Positions 1 to 10,856 of a stretch of 64,000 bases of DNA are shown piece by piece. Location of the stretch: the NCBI GenBank assembly GCA_963846575.1, contig CAWJWJ010000002.1, positions 2,080,001 to 2,144,000 of the forward strand, given 5' to 3'. The notes beneath the pieces are model-generated. The model saw only the letters and a program-made list of their open reading frames with translations, was not told where the DNA came from and searched no databases. The position numbers were made by a program, and so were the translations under genes. Numbering within the stretch: the stretch's first letter is position 1; the number at the start of each line of letters is the position of its first letter. Source of the stretch: an uncultured Nitrospiraceae bacterium (lineage in GTDB: Bacteria; Nitrospirota; Nitrospiria; Nitrospirales; Nitrospiraceae).

Positions 1-2
1 GT

Positions 3-1697
<1,695 letters not shown>

Positions 1698-1705
<8 letters not shown>

Positions 1706-2176
1706 GCGCCTGTACTATCAAAGCAGTCATCTCGGGGATGAATTCATATTGCGCAACCCGGACTTTAACCGGATCAATTTGAGCTTTGAAGAAATCGAGG
1801 CGCTCCTCTCACTCGATGTGAAATGGGCGCGTATTTATGGCGGTGGCGGGTACCTTATCCATCGAGAGCCGGCTCTCGACCGATCGAGAGCTCAATGGGA
1901 CTGGAACTGCGAGGGCCTGAATCCGCCGTTCCTTTTCTTGGAGAGGAAGGCCGACATGTCATGGTCGTACCTCTGGAGGCTGCAGATTTTAAAGCGATTG
2001 AACAACTGGGCTGGACGCTGAATACCAATGTGGTGGCCGGGTTTGAAATGAGCAGTTCCCGCGCAAGGCGGCGGGTCCGTTTTCTGATCAGTTACTACAA
2101 CGGCTTCTCGCCCTATGGACAGTTTGCCAACCTCAAGGTGGAGACGGTTGGTGCGAGGATCTATCTTACTTTTTGA
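1698..2176 (+). pseudogene. DUF1207-like outer-membrane protein, C-terminal fragment split by a frameshift
   Basis: RLYYQSSHLGDEF..RINLSFEE..RIYGGGGY in one frame; YYNGFSPYGQF..VGARIYLTF (terminal Phe) in another; family recalled from motifs. Confidence 0.65.
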
Positions 2177-2885
2177 ACGTGACGAATGTGATAGAGGGAC
2201 GAGGACGGAACGTCACAGTGACTGATTGTGGGAAATTCTGTGGCGGAACCATCCAGGCTGACCGTTGCTGACCAATTACCGCGCAGTTACCGAGTAATAT
2301 GACCAATCCTGCAAACTAGTAAGAAACAACGACTCAGTAAGATGGGGATTCACAGTCTCTAATTCGTCAGATATGTAAATCTTACACCCCCGCCATACCA
2401 ACGATCGAGGCTTCCCGCTGCTCGCCCTCTTGCCCTGTCATTATTCCTCAATTCTGTGAAGTGACTCCGAACAATTACGCACTTGCGAGACTACATTACG
2501 GCATGGTTCACTGATCAAGGGTGAAGGTGTCTGCTTTGGTTGTGCCCACCCATGGCAGCAAGAGGTCTCGGCATCCTCCTGGCGGGATCTGCCTTCACCC
2601 CCGAACTCATGAGTCAACTCCATATTCGACGACGTTTTCGCTTCATTCATATACACAATCCCTTACGTTGCATATATCAAATAAGCCATTGATAACTAGA
2701 ACGTTTATTTCATCAGCATAAAATTCAGTCACTGCCCCCTGTTCGGCTAGTATCTCATCCCCTCCTACACGGTATTCTCACCACCCCCATGCGTCTGTAT
2801 TGTTGGGCATGCCTAACGCAGCCCATATCATGACCGCTGCTCCACCTGCATGTCTTCAGTTCACTCCATCCTGACAGGAGGCCCT

Positions 2886-3086
2886 ATGCATAAACAAATC
2901 GGCCGGATTGGATCAGTCCGAAGAGAACTTCATGGTAAAGCCTGCCCGTTCTGTGGAGGGCACAAATACCAACTCCTACTTCGCTCCCATACCTCACCAG
3001 GCGCTGAAGGTCTTTTGGCTCGATGCAGTCAATGCCAGCGCGCCAAAGAACTTGACGAAGAATTGGGCCGCATCCTCTGGATGTGA
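2886..3086 (+). CDS. Small zinc-ribbon protein (CPFC...CSQC)
   Basis: GGAGG RBS before ATG 2886; two CxxC pairs. Confidence 0.65.
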   Translation: MHKQIGRIGSVRRELHGKACPFCGGHKYQLLLRSHTSPGAEGLLARCSQCQRAKELDEELGRILWM

Positions 3087-3149
3087 TGGCAGGGGTATGG
3101 ACGTCACTTCTCATCCAACTCACATCTACAGGCTGCGCAGGGAGACCCA

Positions 3150-3398
3150 ATGACGCTCTTCAAGAAAGCCCCTTCAAAACGCACCACTCTGAAGACTCAG
3201 GCGTTGCGGATGCTCATGACGAGTGGGGTCATTCGGTCGGCCTCCACCGAACCACCCAGTCTGGTCACGGAACGATTCTCTTCCAGATTGGTGGAGGCAG
3301 GCCACGACACTTCCAGTGGCCACCTCCACCACGGGCGGGTGTGTGCAGAATGGCGCTCTACTGTTTTTGATATTGTCAGGGATTTCTCGAGAACGTAA
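3150..3398 (+). CDS. Hypothetical protein
   Basis: 82-aa ORF with GGGAG RBS, co-oriented with the upstream gene. Confidence 0.4.
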   Translation: MTLFKKAPSKRTTLKTQALRMLMTSGVIRSASTEPPSLVTERFSSRLVEAGHDTSSGHLHHGRVCAEWRSTVFDIVRDFSRT

Positions 3399-3596
3399 CT
3401 AGAGGTCCACACCTCACATCCATGGGCTGGATGCCCAACTGAGCGTTAATTCGACCCTGAAAATCATCCGCGAGAATTACTTGAGTGCGCTCCTTGCTCT
3501 GGGGTATGATCTCCTCTCTTCTGCACGAAGAATAGAATCCACGCCCGAGAAATATCGTACGACAGCCCCGAACCACGGACTGCGGATATGGCTTGC

Positions 3597-3687
3597 GGAG
3601 AGGTGGCCGAGTGGCCGAAGGCACCGGTTTGCTAAACCGGCACAGGTCAAAAGCTTGTCGCGGGTTCAAATCCCGCCCTCTCCGCCA
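3597..3687 (+). tRNA. tRNA-Ser(GCT)
   Basis: GGAGAGG/CCTCTCC stem, GCCA end, anticodon arm CCGGT-TTGCTAA-ACCGG, long variable arm. Confidence 0.96.
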
Positions 3688-3761
3688 TGCCAACTCAGAA
3701 GAGTTGATTTTTTTTCGATGATCCTGTAGACAGAAGCCCCTCTCGGAAATCCTGCCAGAAT

Positions 3762-3837
3762 GCCGAGGTAGCTCAGTTGGTAGAGCACAGCCCTGAAAAG
3801 GCTGGTGTCGACAGTTCGATTCTGTCCCTCGGCACCA
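3762..3837 (+). tRNA. tRNA-Phe(GAA)
   Basis: GCCGAGG/CCTCGGC stem, ACCA end, anticodon arm CAGCC-CTGAAAA-GGCTG. Confidence 0.97.
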
Positions 3838-5005
3838 CAAATCGCGCACTTAGAGATTGTTCTACGTAGGATGGTGGCACCTCAGTGGCAGTAAGTGGCA
3901 CCTCAGAGGCATTTACACCATGGAGGAGAGCATCACTGAACGACTCCAACCGAGTGACCGCATCGCGCAATCGACCGTCCCAATTGTGAATGTGATACTT
4001 CGCTGAACCAGGAAGCGGCTCGCCTTTGAGGGTCTGAATCACAGCATAGTCCACACCACATTGCATCAGCCAGGTGGCGAAGGTGTGTCGCAGATCGTGG
4101 AAGTGCAGATCATAAATCCCGGCTCGCTCACATGTTTTCATCCAACTATGCTTGAAGGAATTCCCATTCTTCCATTGTCCAAAGAATCGCCCGCCAATCC
4201 GTGATAGTCCTCCGAACAGCGCTTCGTAAGCCAAGCCATTAAGAGGAATCGTTTTAGGAACCCCCTTGATCTTCGTGCGGCCCGGCGCCGGCGCCATCCA
4301 CCACCCGTCTCCCCTCTGCATCAGCCATTCTTCATGAGTCTCAATGAGCTTGTTCTCGCGCAAACCAATTTGGAGCGCCGCCATGATGAGACGCCATACT
4401 TGTGGCGAGGCAGCGGCCCTAAGTTTCAATAGTTCCCATCCTTCCAGCACGCGCTCACGTTTCACGTACTCAGGCACCGGAAGCCGCTTGAGCCGATTCT
4501 TATCCAGCCGATCCATGTCCACAGCCAGATTGAGCACGGCCATTAATACCGCACATTCCCGCTCGATCGTTCCAGCCGCGACCGGTCGACGGTTATCTGC
4601 CGGACCCGTAAGATCCGCACGACGTTTTTCCAAATAGGTCAATCCGTCCTCAAGGCGAATCTCAGTAAGTATTTTCTGTCCGAAATAGGGAATGATGTGC
4701 TTCGTCAGAATGAGCTCATTTCGACCGTCATTTGTTGGCCGCTTCGCTTTTAAATACTGCAGGTAGATTGGAATGAAAGCCGAAAAGGTGATGTCCGGCT
4801 GGTCAGCGAAGTGAGTCGTTTGAGTGGGTAAATGTACCGGTTGCGCCGTGTTGGCGTGTATAGCGGTGATGATTTGAAGGGCAGCTTCCCGTTCCTGGTC
4901 AATGGAAAGGTTGTATCCAAGGACAGGCCTATAACGAGCACCACGATACCAATATGTGAGAACCGAACGAGTCTTCCCGGAGGTTAGGATGCGCCGAATG
5001 TTCAT
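3773..5005 (-). CDS. Tyrosine integrase; C-terminus reads through att into tRNA-Phe
   Basis: GLRENKL, FHDLRHTFATWL, AKYHIH motifs; likely start at ATG 5005, just after the HTH gene stop. Confidence 0.9.
   Translation of the reverse strand: MNIRRILTSGKTRSVLTYWYRGARYRPVLGYNLSIDQEREAALQIITAIHANTAQPVHLPTQTTHFADQPDITFSAFIPIYLQYLKAKRPTNDGRNELILTKHIIPYFGQKILTEIRLEDGLTYLEKRRADLTGPADNRRPVAAGTIERECAVLMAVLNLAVDMDRLDKNRLKRLPVPEYVKRERVLEGWELLKLRAAASPQVWRLIMAALQIGLRENKLIETHEEWLMQRGDGWWMAPAPGRTKIKGVPKTIPLNGLAYEALFGGLSRIGGRFFGQWKNGNSFKHSWMKTCERAGIYDLHFHDLRHTFATWLMQCGVDYAVIQTLKGEPLPGSAKYHIHNWDGRLRDAVTRLESFSDALLHGVNASEVPLTATEVPPSYVEQSLSARFVVPRDRIELSTPAFSGLCSTN
3791..3843 (+). repeat. attL core, 53 bp (3' half of tRNA-Phe plus 6 bp)
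   Basis: CCCTGAAAAGGCTGGTGTCGACAGTTCGATTCTGTCCCTCGGCACCACAAATC, identical to 29076-29128. Confidence 0.95.
3874..3906 (+). repeat. GTGGCACCTCAG direct repeat, putative integrase arm-type sites
   Basis: Copies at 3874-3885 and 3895-3906, plus AGTGGCA at 3884; same motif at 28962-28981 near attR. Confidence 0.6.
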
Positions 5006-5009
5006 GGCG

Positions 5010-5276
5010 TTACCTATGACGAGACAGTATAAAAAGTGGATTCCGATGGTAAACGTTGGCTGGACCGACGTCAACTGGCGCAGGAGACAGATCCCCGTGC
5101 CTGTTGCTGTTCACCTCCTGTCCCTCGGAGCGCATTCGAACCCACTTTTCCAAGTCTTCCTTCACGAACATCAGACGATGTCCATAGCGAACACGGGGAA
5201 TGTCAACACGTTGGTACAGTGTTCGTTTTGTGAGCCGCAAGAACTGAGCAGCTTCTTCGATGGTAAGAAGCGTCAT
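5010..5276 (-). CDS. Excisionase-like HTH DNA-binding protein
   Basis: LLTIEEAAQFLRLTKRTLY..IPRVRYGHRLMFVKEDLEKW; AGGAG RBS; directly upstream of int. Confidence 0.85.
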   Translation of the reverse strand: MTLLTIEEAAQFLRLTKRTLYQRVDIPRVRYGHRLMFVKEDLEKWVRMRSEGQEVNSNRHGDLSPAPVDVGPANVYHRNPLFILSRHR

Positions 5277-5519
5277 ACCTTCTCCTATCTACGCAGACAA
5301 TGAAGCCGAAGCATATTGGCTCTCAACTGGTCTGATTCAACCGGAAGTCTATCGACATCCATTCCCCCCCATTGAAGCGCCCGCCGTTACGCCAGCTTGG
5401 GACGAAGATCGAGCCCCCATCGGGTGCGACCCGTGGCCGGCGGAGCAGGGGGTCAGGCCTTCCCGTCTGTTCGTCCAGGCCTGCCCGCTGCGAGAGCCTC
5501 GTGCCGCCTCCTTCGTTAC

Positions 5520-5549
5520 GCCCCACCCTTGGATTGTGAAGGGTGGGGC
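5520..5549. other. Perfect 11-bp-stem hairpin upstream of radC-like gene
   Basis: GCCCCACCCTT-GGATTGTG-AAGGGTGGGGC. Confidence 0.55.
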
Positions 5550-5577
5550 TAGAACATAATTTCAGAAGGAGGCGGAC

Positions 5578-6082
5578 ATGTCCGTTGATAGTTCTCTCGG
5601 TTCCTCGAACGCTGGACGGCCACTGAGCCCGACAGCCCGCTACGGCGTGCCTCGGTACCGTGTCACGCTTGTGCGCGAGGGCTGTGCCATTCCCGCGACG
5701 GAGTCCCTCACGACGTCGGAGGGCGCCGCGCAGCTCCTGTGTCCCCTGTTCGCCGGATTGGACCGGGAGCAGTTCCTGGTCTGCGGCCTCGACGCCAAAC
5801 ATCGACTCATTGGGATCAATGTCGTCTCCACGGGCTCGCTCACCTTGGCCATTGTCCACCCTCGTGAAGTCTTCAAACCGCTGATCCTGATGAATGCCGG
5901 GGCCTGGATTTGTGCGCACAACCACCCCTCTGGCGACATCACGCCCAGTCCCGGAAGATCGCGTCCTGACCACACGGCTGCGCGAAGCAGCTGATCTGTT
6001 CGGCATTCCGCTGCTGGACCATCTCATCTTCGCTGACGACCGCTACTACAGCTTCGCCGACCAGGGCTGGCCCGGCGCCTAG
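5578..6082 (+). pseudogene. radC: RadC-like JAB-domain protein, +1 frameshift near 5950
   Basis: DREQF..LDAKHR..VHPREVFK..AHNHPSGDITPS, then PEDRVLT..GIPLLDHLI..YYSFAD in the shifted frame. Confidence 0.85.
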
Positions 6083-6251
6083 CGGAGCAGCCGCAACACC
6101 CAGGCCGCTCCGGCGGCTACCAATGCGAGACCGATCGCCGCCGTGCCCCAGGCGACCAGGTCGGTGGCCAACGCGTTCCCGATGTTTTGAATCTGTTGCG
6201 CCGTCATCCGTGCACTCCTTTGTCCGTGCCATTCTCATCCTGCCCTGTGCT

Positions 6252-6285
6252 GAGAAAAGGAGGCAGGCTGCTGCCAGCCTGCCTC
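6252..6285 (-). terminator. Rho-independent terminator after the major-coat-like gene
   Basis: 11-bp stem GAGGCAGGCTG/CAGCCTGCCTC, 4-nt loop, followed by CTTTTCT on the minus strand. Confidence 0.7.
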
Positions 6286-6296
6286 GATGGGCTTTC

Positions 6297-6509
6297 CTAG
6301 CCCACAATCGCGCGCACGCGCTTAAAGGCGTAAATCGCCAATGCCACGCCGATCAGGGCCGTGGCCCACAGGAGCAGATCGGCCCGCACGGTGGCCACAT
6401 CCGCCGACACCGGAAACAACTGCGCCTGCGACAGCGCCGGGACGCCCAGGGCGAACACGAACGCCATGAGCAATCCCCCAAGCCCTTTGACCCAACCCCA
6501 TCCCTTCAT
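6297..6509 (-). CDS. Inovirus major coat protein (pVIII)-like
   Basis: 70 aa: signal peptide ending SQA, ~41-aa mature part with acidic N-term, one TM helix and basic C-term (FKRVR); AGGAGG RBS. Confidence 0.8.
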   Translation of the reverse strand: MKGWGWVKGLGGLLMAFVFALGVPALSQAQLFPVSADVATVRADLLLWATALIGVALAIYAFKRVRAIVG

Positions 6510-6600
6510 ACCGCACCTCCTTGTGCTGTGGTGGTCACGTCCACCGACGCCGCCGGAGTCCTCGCCGGCGGACGAGTGCCTCAGTAGCTCTGAGGCAGAA

Positions 6601-6705
6601 TCAGTGCTGAGGCAGAATCAGTTTGATAATCAGACCGACGGCAAACCCGCCGAGCCAGAAGATCGCCGTGAAGTAAGTCATCATCTCAATCGCCTGCGGG
6701 TCCAT
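6601..6705 (-). CDS. 34-aa single-TM peptide (pVII/pIX-like); not in ORF track
   Basis: MDPQAIEMMTYFTAIFWLGGFAVGLIIKLILPQH; AAGGAG RBS; overlaps the Zot 3' end. Confidence 0.6.
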   Translation of the reverse strand: MDPQAIEMMTYFTAIFWLGGFAVGLIIKLILPQH

Positions 6706-7690
6706 AAAACACTCCTTCTCCGATCAGACGCATCGACCCCTCCTCGTAGACTTCCGACACGACGACGCCGTAGCGTCCAGTAATCTGAGCGGCCGTGAGG
6801 ATTTCGCCACTGTCCAACAAGTACCGCCACCCTTGACGGTTCGCCGAGGAGCCGGCGCCGCCAAGAATACGCACTGGGCGCTTCGGAACTGACGGTGTGG
6901 CAGCCGAAGTAGCAGACGCACCCAAGGGAGTCATGAGACTACCCGCCATCGACGCAGAAGCCGGCAAGAGAGTCCCCGTCGCGGTGACTCCAGTCGCCGG
7001 AACTCCCTTCGTGCTGCTTAATGACGACCAGGGGCGCCAAACCATGAGGGTGAGAGCAAACAGCCCTGCGGCAATGCCGATCGCCACCCGCGCCGACTTG
7101 AAGACGGTATGGCTGCGTTTCTCTTCCCTGATCGCCGCCGACGCATAGCTGGAATAGTAGGCGTAGATCGCCGGCGAGTAGGTCCCGACAAAAGCTCGGA
7201 TGGTTTCGTGGTCTTCGGGGTTCCCGCGTACCTTGCCCTGATACTTTTTCGCGAGACCCACAAAGGCCAGCTTGCGAAACTTCACCGTGGCTTCAATCAA
7301 TCGCGTCACGCCTTGCGACATCTGCCGAAAATCCTGACTCATGAGCAGAATATCCACGCCGTAATGCCGATGGGTTTCGAGCCAACGGAGGAGCCCCGGC
7401 TCGACTTTCTGCATGGACCGAAAGACGGTCTGGGCTTCGTCGATGATGACGGCCGAGCCGGGTTCGACATGTGGAAAGGCCTGCAGGACTTCCACGGAGT
7501 CTTTCCAGATCGTGATCTGTTGTTGGAGGGTCTCGAGTTCGATGCCGGTGAAGAGCGCCAGTCGATCCAGATAGATGCCATCGACGGCGATGTAGAGTCG
7601 CCGGCCTTGCCGCACCCAGGGCAAGAATTTCTCGCAGATCGCGTGATAGGACTTGCCCGAGCCCGGCACGCCTTCATACAGTTCGATCAT
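6686..7690 (-). CDS. Zot-family / pI-like morphogenesis ATPase
   Basis: Walker A GVPGSGKS, Walker B IIDEAQ, HRHYGVDILLMSQ, C-proximal TM helix; ATG 7690 coupled to the upstream stop. Confidence 0.92.
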   Translation of the reverse strand: MIELYEGVPGSGKSYHAICEKFLPWVRQGRRLYIAVDGIYLDRLALFTGIELETLQQQITIWKDSVEVLQAFPHVEPGSAVIIDEAQTVFRSMQKVEPGLLRWLETHRHYGVDILLMSQDFRQMSQGVTRLIEATVKFRKLAFVGLAKKYQGKVRGNPEDHETIRAFVGTYSPAIYAYYSSYASAAIREEKRSHTVFKSARVAIGIAAGLFALTLMVWRPWSSLSSTKGVPATGVTATGTLLPASASMAGSLMTPLGASATSAATPSVPKRPVRILGGAGSSANRQGWRYLLDSGEILTAAQITGRYGVVVSEVYEEGSMRLIGEGVFYGPAGD

Positions 7691-7773
7691 CGAAGACTCC
7701 TCAGATACACCCAGATCCACAGCGCCAGAATTACCGTCCACGCATAGGCCCAGCCCATCACGATGGTGTTCAT
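7687..7773 (-). CDS. 28-aa single-TM peptide
   Basis: MNTIVMGWAYAWTVILALWIWVYLRSLR; ATGA overlaps with both neighbours. Confidence 0.6.
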   Translation of the reverse strand: MNTIVMGWAYAWTVILALWIWVYLRSLR

Positions 7774-8045
7774 GAGCCCCACCGGACGAATGGAATGGTT
7801 TGGAGCATGAATCGCGTCCCCATGGCGCTCGCCACGATGGCCAGCGCCTGACTCATGCCCGTCGCGCCCAGCACCCAGGCGTATTGATCCGGAATCACCG
7901 GCAGGGTGAGGCCTGCCGTGCCAAGGGTCGCGAGCGTGCTGTCCGCCACGGAGAGCACGGAATCCCAGATGCCCAACCCCCAATCGGTGAGCGAAAAGAA
8001 GAACTCCTGCAGCCAGCAATAGATCAGGGTCAGAATGGCGGTCAT
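7770..8045 (-). CDS. pVI-like minor coat membrane protein (DUF2523-like)
   Basis: 91-aa hydrophobic protein ending ..ALAIVASAMGTRFMLQTIPFVRWGS, lying between pIII-like and Zot genes. Confidence 0.7.
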   Translation of the reverse strand: MTAILTLIYCWLQEFFFSLTDWGLGIWDSVLSVADSTLATLGTAGLTLPVIPDQYAWVLGATGMSQALAIVASAMGTRFMLQTIPFVRWGS

Positions 8046-9308
8046 GTGGTCTGGCCTCCTCCCACGAAGATGATGCGGTACGCGGCGAAGGAGGCAATGG
8101 CGATCACGAGCGTGCGGAGCACCGTGAAGAACCAGGCCCATTGATTGAAATCCACGTGCTGACTGCCGAAGAAGGCGGAGGGCAGCGCAATCACCGGCAA
8201 GGTTGAGGGCCAGGTCAGGGACTTGAGGAGATTCAGCGTACTGAGCAGTCCGCTCGTGGCCCAGATGGTTTGATGGGCTTGGAGGACGGTTCCGAAGGTC
8301 CGATTCTCATGTGCCCCGGCCGTACAGGATGTGGTGGCCTGTGTTTCTTCCTGTTGCGTCGTCGAGCCGTCGGGATTCTGGGTCGTCGTCGTGGTGGTCG
8401 TCGTGCTTTGCTGCTGGGTGTTCTGCTGCGGCGTACTGGCCGGAGGCGGGACGTTGTCGACGACGATGATATCCCCGGCAGGCACCGGCTTCGGTTTGAC
8501 CGTGGTCGGCATCTCACTCGGCGAAACCGGCTGCGAGACGGTGTTGTCCGCCGGTTGCGTCGTGCCCGTCGTCCCGACGGGATTCGTATGGGCTTCGATG
8601 GACTTCGGATCATTCGCTGGTAGTGCCTGACACATAGTTGGCCGCCTGCTGCTGAGTCGGCGGGGTGGAGGCGTCTTGCAACGGAGCCGGTTCGCCCGGA
8701 ATGCCTTTTCGGTGGCAGACATACAGACTGTGTCCGCCCACTGGCGGGCCGTTGACGAAGAAATTGCCGGAGAAGTACACGGCCGTGCTGACGCTGTGAA
8801 AGGGTCCGACCATCCAATCATGCTGATACTCTGAATCGACCGCACAGAGCGGGACATTGGTCGTGCTGAACTGAATGCTCGCGTTGGGATAACTGGGATT
8901 GCCGGGGGTATTGGTCCCGAGGCCCGGAAAGGTCTGGGTGCCGGCATTGCTGCTGGACACTTGCCATCCGCCCGGCGTCGAGGCTGCCGACTTGATGGCC
9001 GACAGGTCTGATGGTGAGTAATACATCTGGGCCAGCACTAAACCGGCCCCCACACCGAGTGCCGCCCAGCCGACTGGACCGGCGACCATGCGCACGGCCA
9101 ACGAGGCGGCCGAGGGAGCCACTGCTGCCGAGGCCACCTGACTCGCCATGGCGGACCGTTGTGCGGCCAGATAGGCAATCCGTTCGGCTTGGGCGACCAC
9201 GCGCGCATAGTGGGTCGTCTGCGCCACGGATTCACCCGGGGCGATGCACAGGGACACGAGCACTGTCCAGATGAGCCCGAGATACCCTGTCAACGAGATC
9301 AGCTTCAT
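8042..9308 (-). pseudogene. pIII-like adsorption protein, +1 frameshift near 8626
   Basis: Signal peptide (ORF 8610-9308); removing one G joins ..ANYVS to ALPANDPK.., a Pro/Thr/Gln linker and a C-terminal TM anchor (..LVIAIASFAAYRIIF). Confidence 0.75.
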
Positions 9309-9379
9309 ATCCGTCCGACTCCGAGGCCCAGGAGGAAGGCCAGTAACAAGACCGCCACGAGAATAATGGTGAGATCCAC
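9305..9379 (-). CDS. 24-aa single-TM peptide (pVII/pIX-like)
   Basis: GTG start with GGGAGGA RBS; MDLTIILVAVLLLAFLLGLGVGRI; stop overlaps the pIII ATG. Confidence 0.55.
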   Translation of the reverse strand: MDLTIILVAVLLLAFLLGLGVGRI

Positions 9380-9399
9380 CGGCCTTCCTCCCTCTGCCG

Positions 9400-9663
9400 T
9401 TATTTCAAGACTTCCAACCCGTACAGGTCGAAGAAGACCCGTCCGGTCTGTTCGAACTTCCGGACTTCGATCGAGACTTTCGCTTGCTTCCCCTCGGCTT
9501 GCTTGCAGGCCTCGATCAAGGGCATCTGATCGTCCGGAATCCCCAATCGAAGCACCCCCGGATCTCGGCCCTTCACATAGAGATCCACCGATCGGTAGAC
9601 TTTCCCTTCCCGACTTCTCCGCTCCACATAGCCCTGCACCGCCCCCTCCGCTTTGACTTGCAT
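9400..9663 (-). CDS. ssDNA-binding protein (pV)-like
   Basis: 87-aa beta-rich basic protein (SREGKVYRSVDLYV) downstream of Rep; AGGAGG RBS. Confidence 0.65.
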   Translation of the reverse strand: MQVKAEGAVQGYVERRSREGKVYRSVDLYVKGRDPGVLRLGIPDDQMPLIEACKQAEGKQAKVSIEVRKFEQTGRVFFDLYGLEVLK

Positions 9664-9682
9664 CGTCGTCTCCTCCTGAATA

Positions 9683-9883
9683 GTGAGTTACATTCGGATC
9701 AGCCAAGCGCCTGACCCACACGCCCCGGCCTTCCGACCGGGCTTTTGGAATGAAGCAGAATTCCGAATCGCATTCCCGACAGCTCAGATACAGGGCACCC
9801 TGTTTCCACTTGCACCGACATCCTCTCGCGCCACATCCCGGACACATACGGTGCCACCCTCCGTCATGAAACTCTAAGGACAT
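9683..9883 (-). CDS. Small Cys-rich protein (CPGC..CREC); 3' end uncertain
   Basis: Start overlaps the Rep 3' end; frame has no stop until 9305, so the true end is unclear. Confidence 0.4.
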
Positions 9884-10856
9884 ACGGCGTCCCTCTCCTC
9901 CGTTCCTTCAGCAGGGCGTAGTGCTTCTGTTTCCATTTCTGGGTGCCGGCATAGATCAACTCCTTCAGGAACTGATCACCTCGGCAGGCCACCACCACGG
10001 CCAGCATCGAGGCAACGGATTGGGCGAGCCAGGCGGCCACGTCGTCCAGCCGTTGCTGAATGCGCTCGACCACGAGCCGGCAGCGCTTGAAGCCTTCGGT
10101 CAGGGCCTGCCACCATCCCAACAGCGGCGCCCGGTATTTTTCGTACGATTCGGCCTCTCGCGTGGTCTCTCGGAAATCGACATAGGAGCGCAAGACGCCC
10201 ACCATAAAGGCCCGCCAGTCTTCGCTATCCAGCGTCAGGAGGGCTTTCGCGCAAGCCTGAGCCCGATCCTGTTTAAATTCCATTTCCCACCGGACGCCGT
10301 AGGCGGCCGCGTCTTCCCGTTTTTTGGCCTGGAGTTCCAGCCGTTTGTCATAGACCCGCAGCATGCTTTGGCTTTCCCGGCTGCCGAAGTAGAGGGTTTC
10401 TCCGGTCCGAATGCCGTCACGAGGATTGGAGGCCTGGATCACTTTGAATTGCTTGGACCGGCTGACGACTTGTCCGGCCTCGACGGCCTGCCGGACGGTT
10501 TCAACTGCGACCGTGGCCTCCCGGTCGTCCAGGGCCACGTCCGTCCGAGTCACATGGCCTTTTTGAGCGAAGATCCACGCGAGGACCGTTTTCAGCTTGT
10601 TCTCATCCCACTGGGAGATAATTCCGGCGGAGAGATCCACATGGACTTCCTTCGGACTGCGAGGGGCACCCGTCCCCAGTTTCCCGACGCCGGTCTTGCC
10701 CTGCGTCATGAGCTTCGCCACGGGATAGCCTCGAAAGCCGGTCTCACTCTGGAACCAGTCGCCCCCAATCGTCTTGATCACCTCGTCCACGTCAGCCTTC
10801 GGGAGTGTGAACGCCAGCCAATCGATGGTCTGAGTGAACCCTCCTGGACCTGTCAT
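9864..10856 (-). CDS. Rolling-circle replication initiator, Rep_trans family
   Basis: IDWLAFT, VTRTDVALD, GETLYFGSRES, LRVYDKRLE, RWEME motifs. Confidence 0.92.
   Translation of the reverse strand: MTGPGGFTQTIDWLAFTLPKADVDEVIKTIGGDWFQSETGFRGYPVAKLMTQGKTGVGKLGTGAPRSPKEVHVDLSAGIISQWDENKLKTVLAWIFAQKGHVTRTDVALDDREATVAVETVRQAVEAGQVVSRSKQFKVIQASNPRDGIRTGETLYFGSRESQSMLRVYDKRLELQAKKREDAAAYGVRWEMEFKQDRAQACAKALLTLDSEDWRAFMVGVLRSYVDFRETTREAESYEKYRAPLLGWWQALTEGFKRCRLVVERIQQRLDDVAAWLAQSVASMLAVVVACRGDQFLKELIYAGTQKWKQKHYALLKERRRGTPYVLRVS

Noticed and set aside
6686..7690. Zot as an enterotoxin
   Set aside because: Context indicates a phage assembly ATPase; the sequence gives no evidence for toxin activity.
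8350..8430. GTC/TGC-rich repeat tract
   Set aside because: Encodes the Thr/Gln linker of the pIII-like protein; not a DNA-level repeat element.
9305..9883. Single 192-aa protein spanning the pV-like gene
   Set aside because: It fully overlaps the pV-like gene in another frame; better explained as a short Cys-rich gene plus a separately initiated 24-aa peptide.
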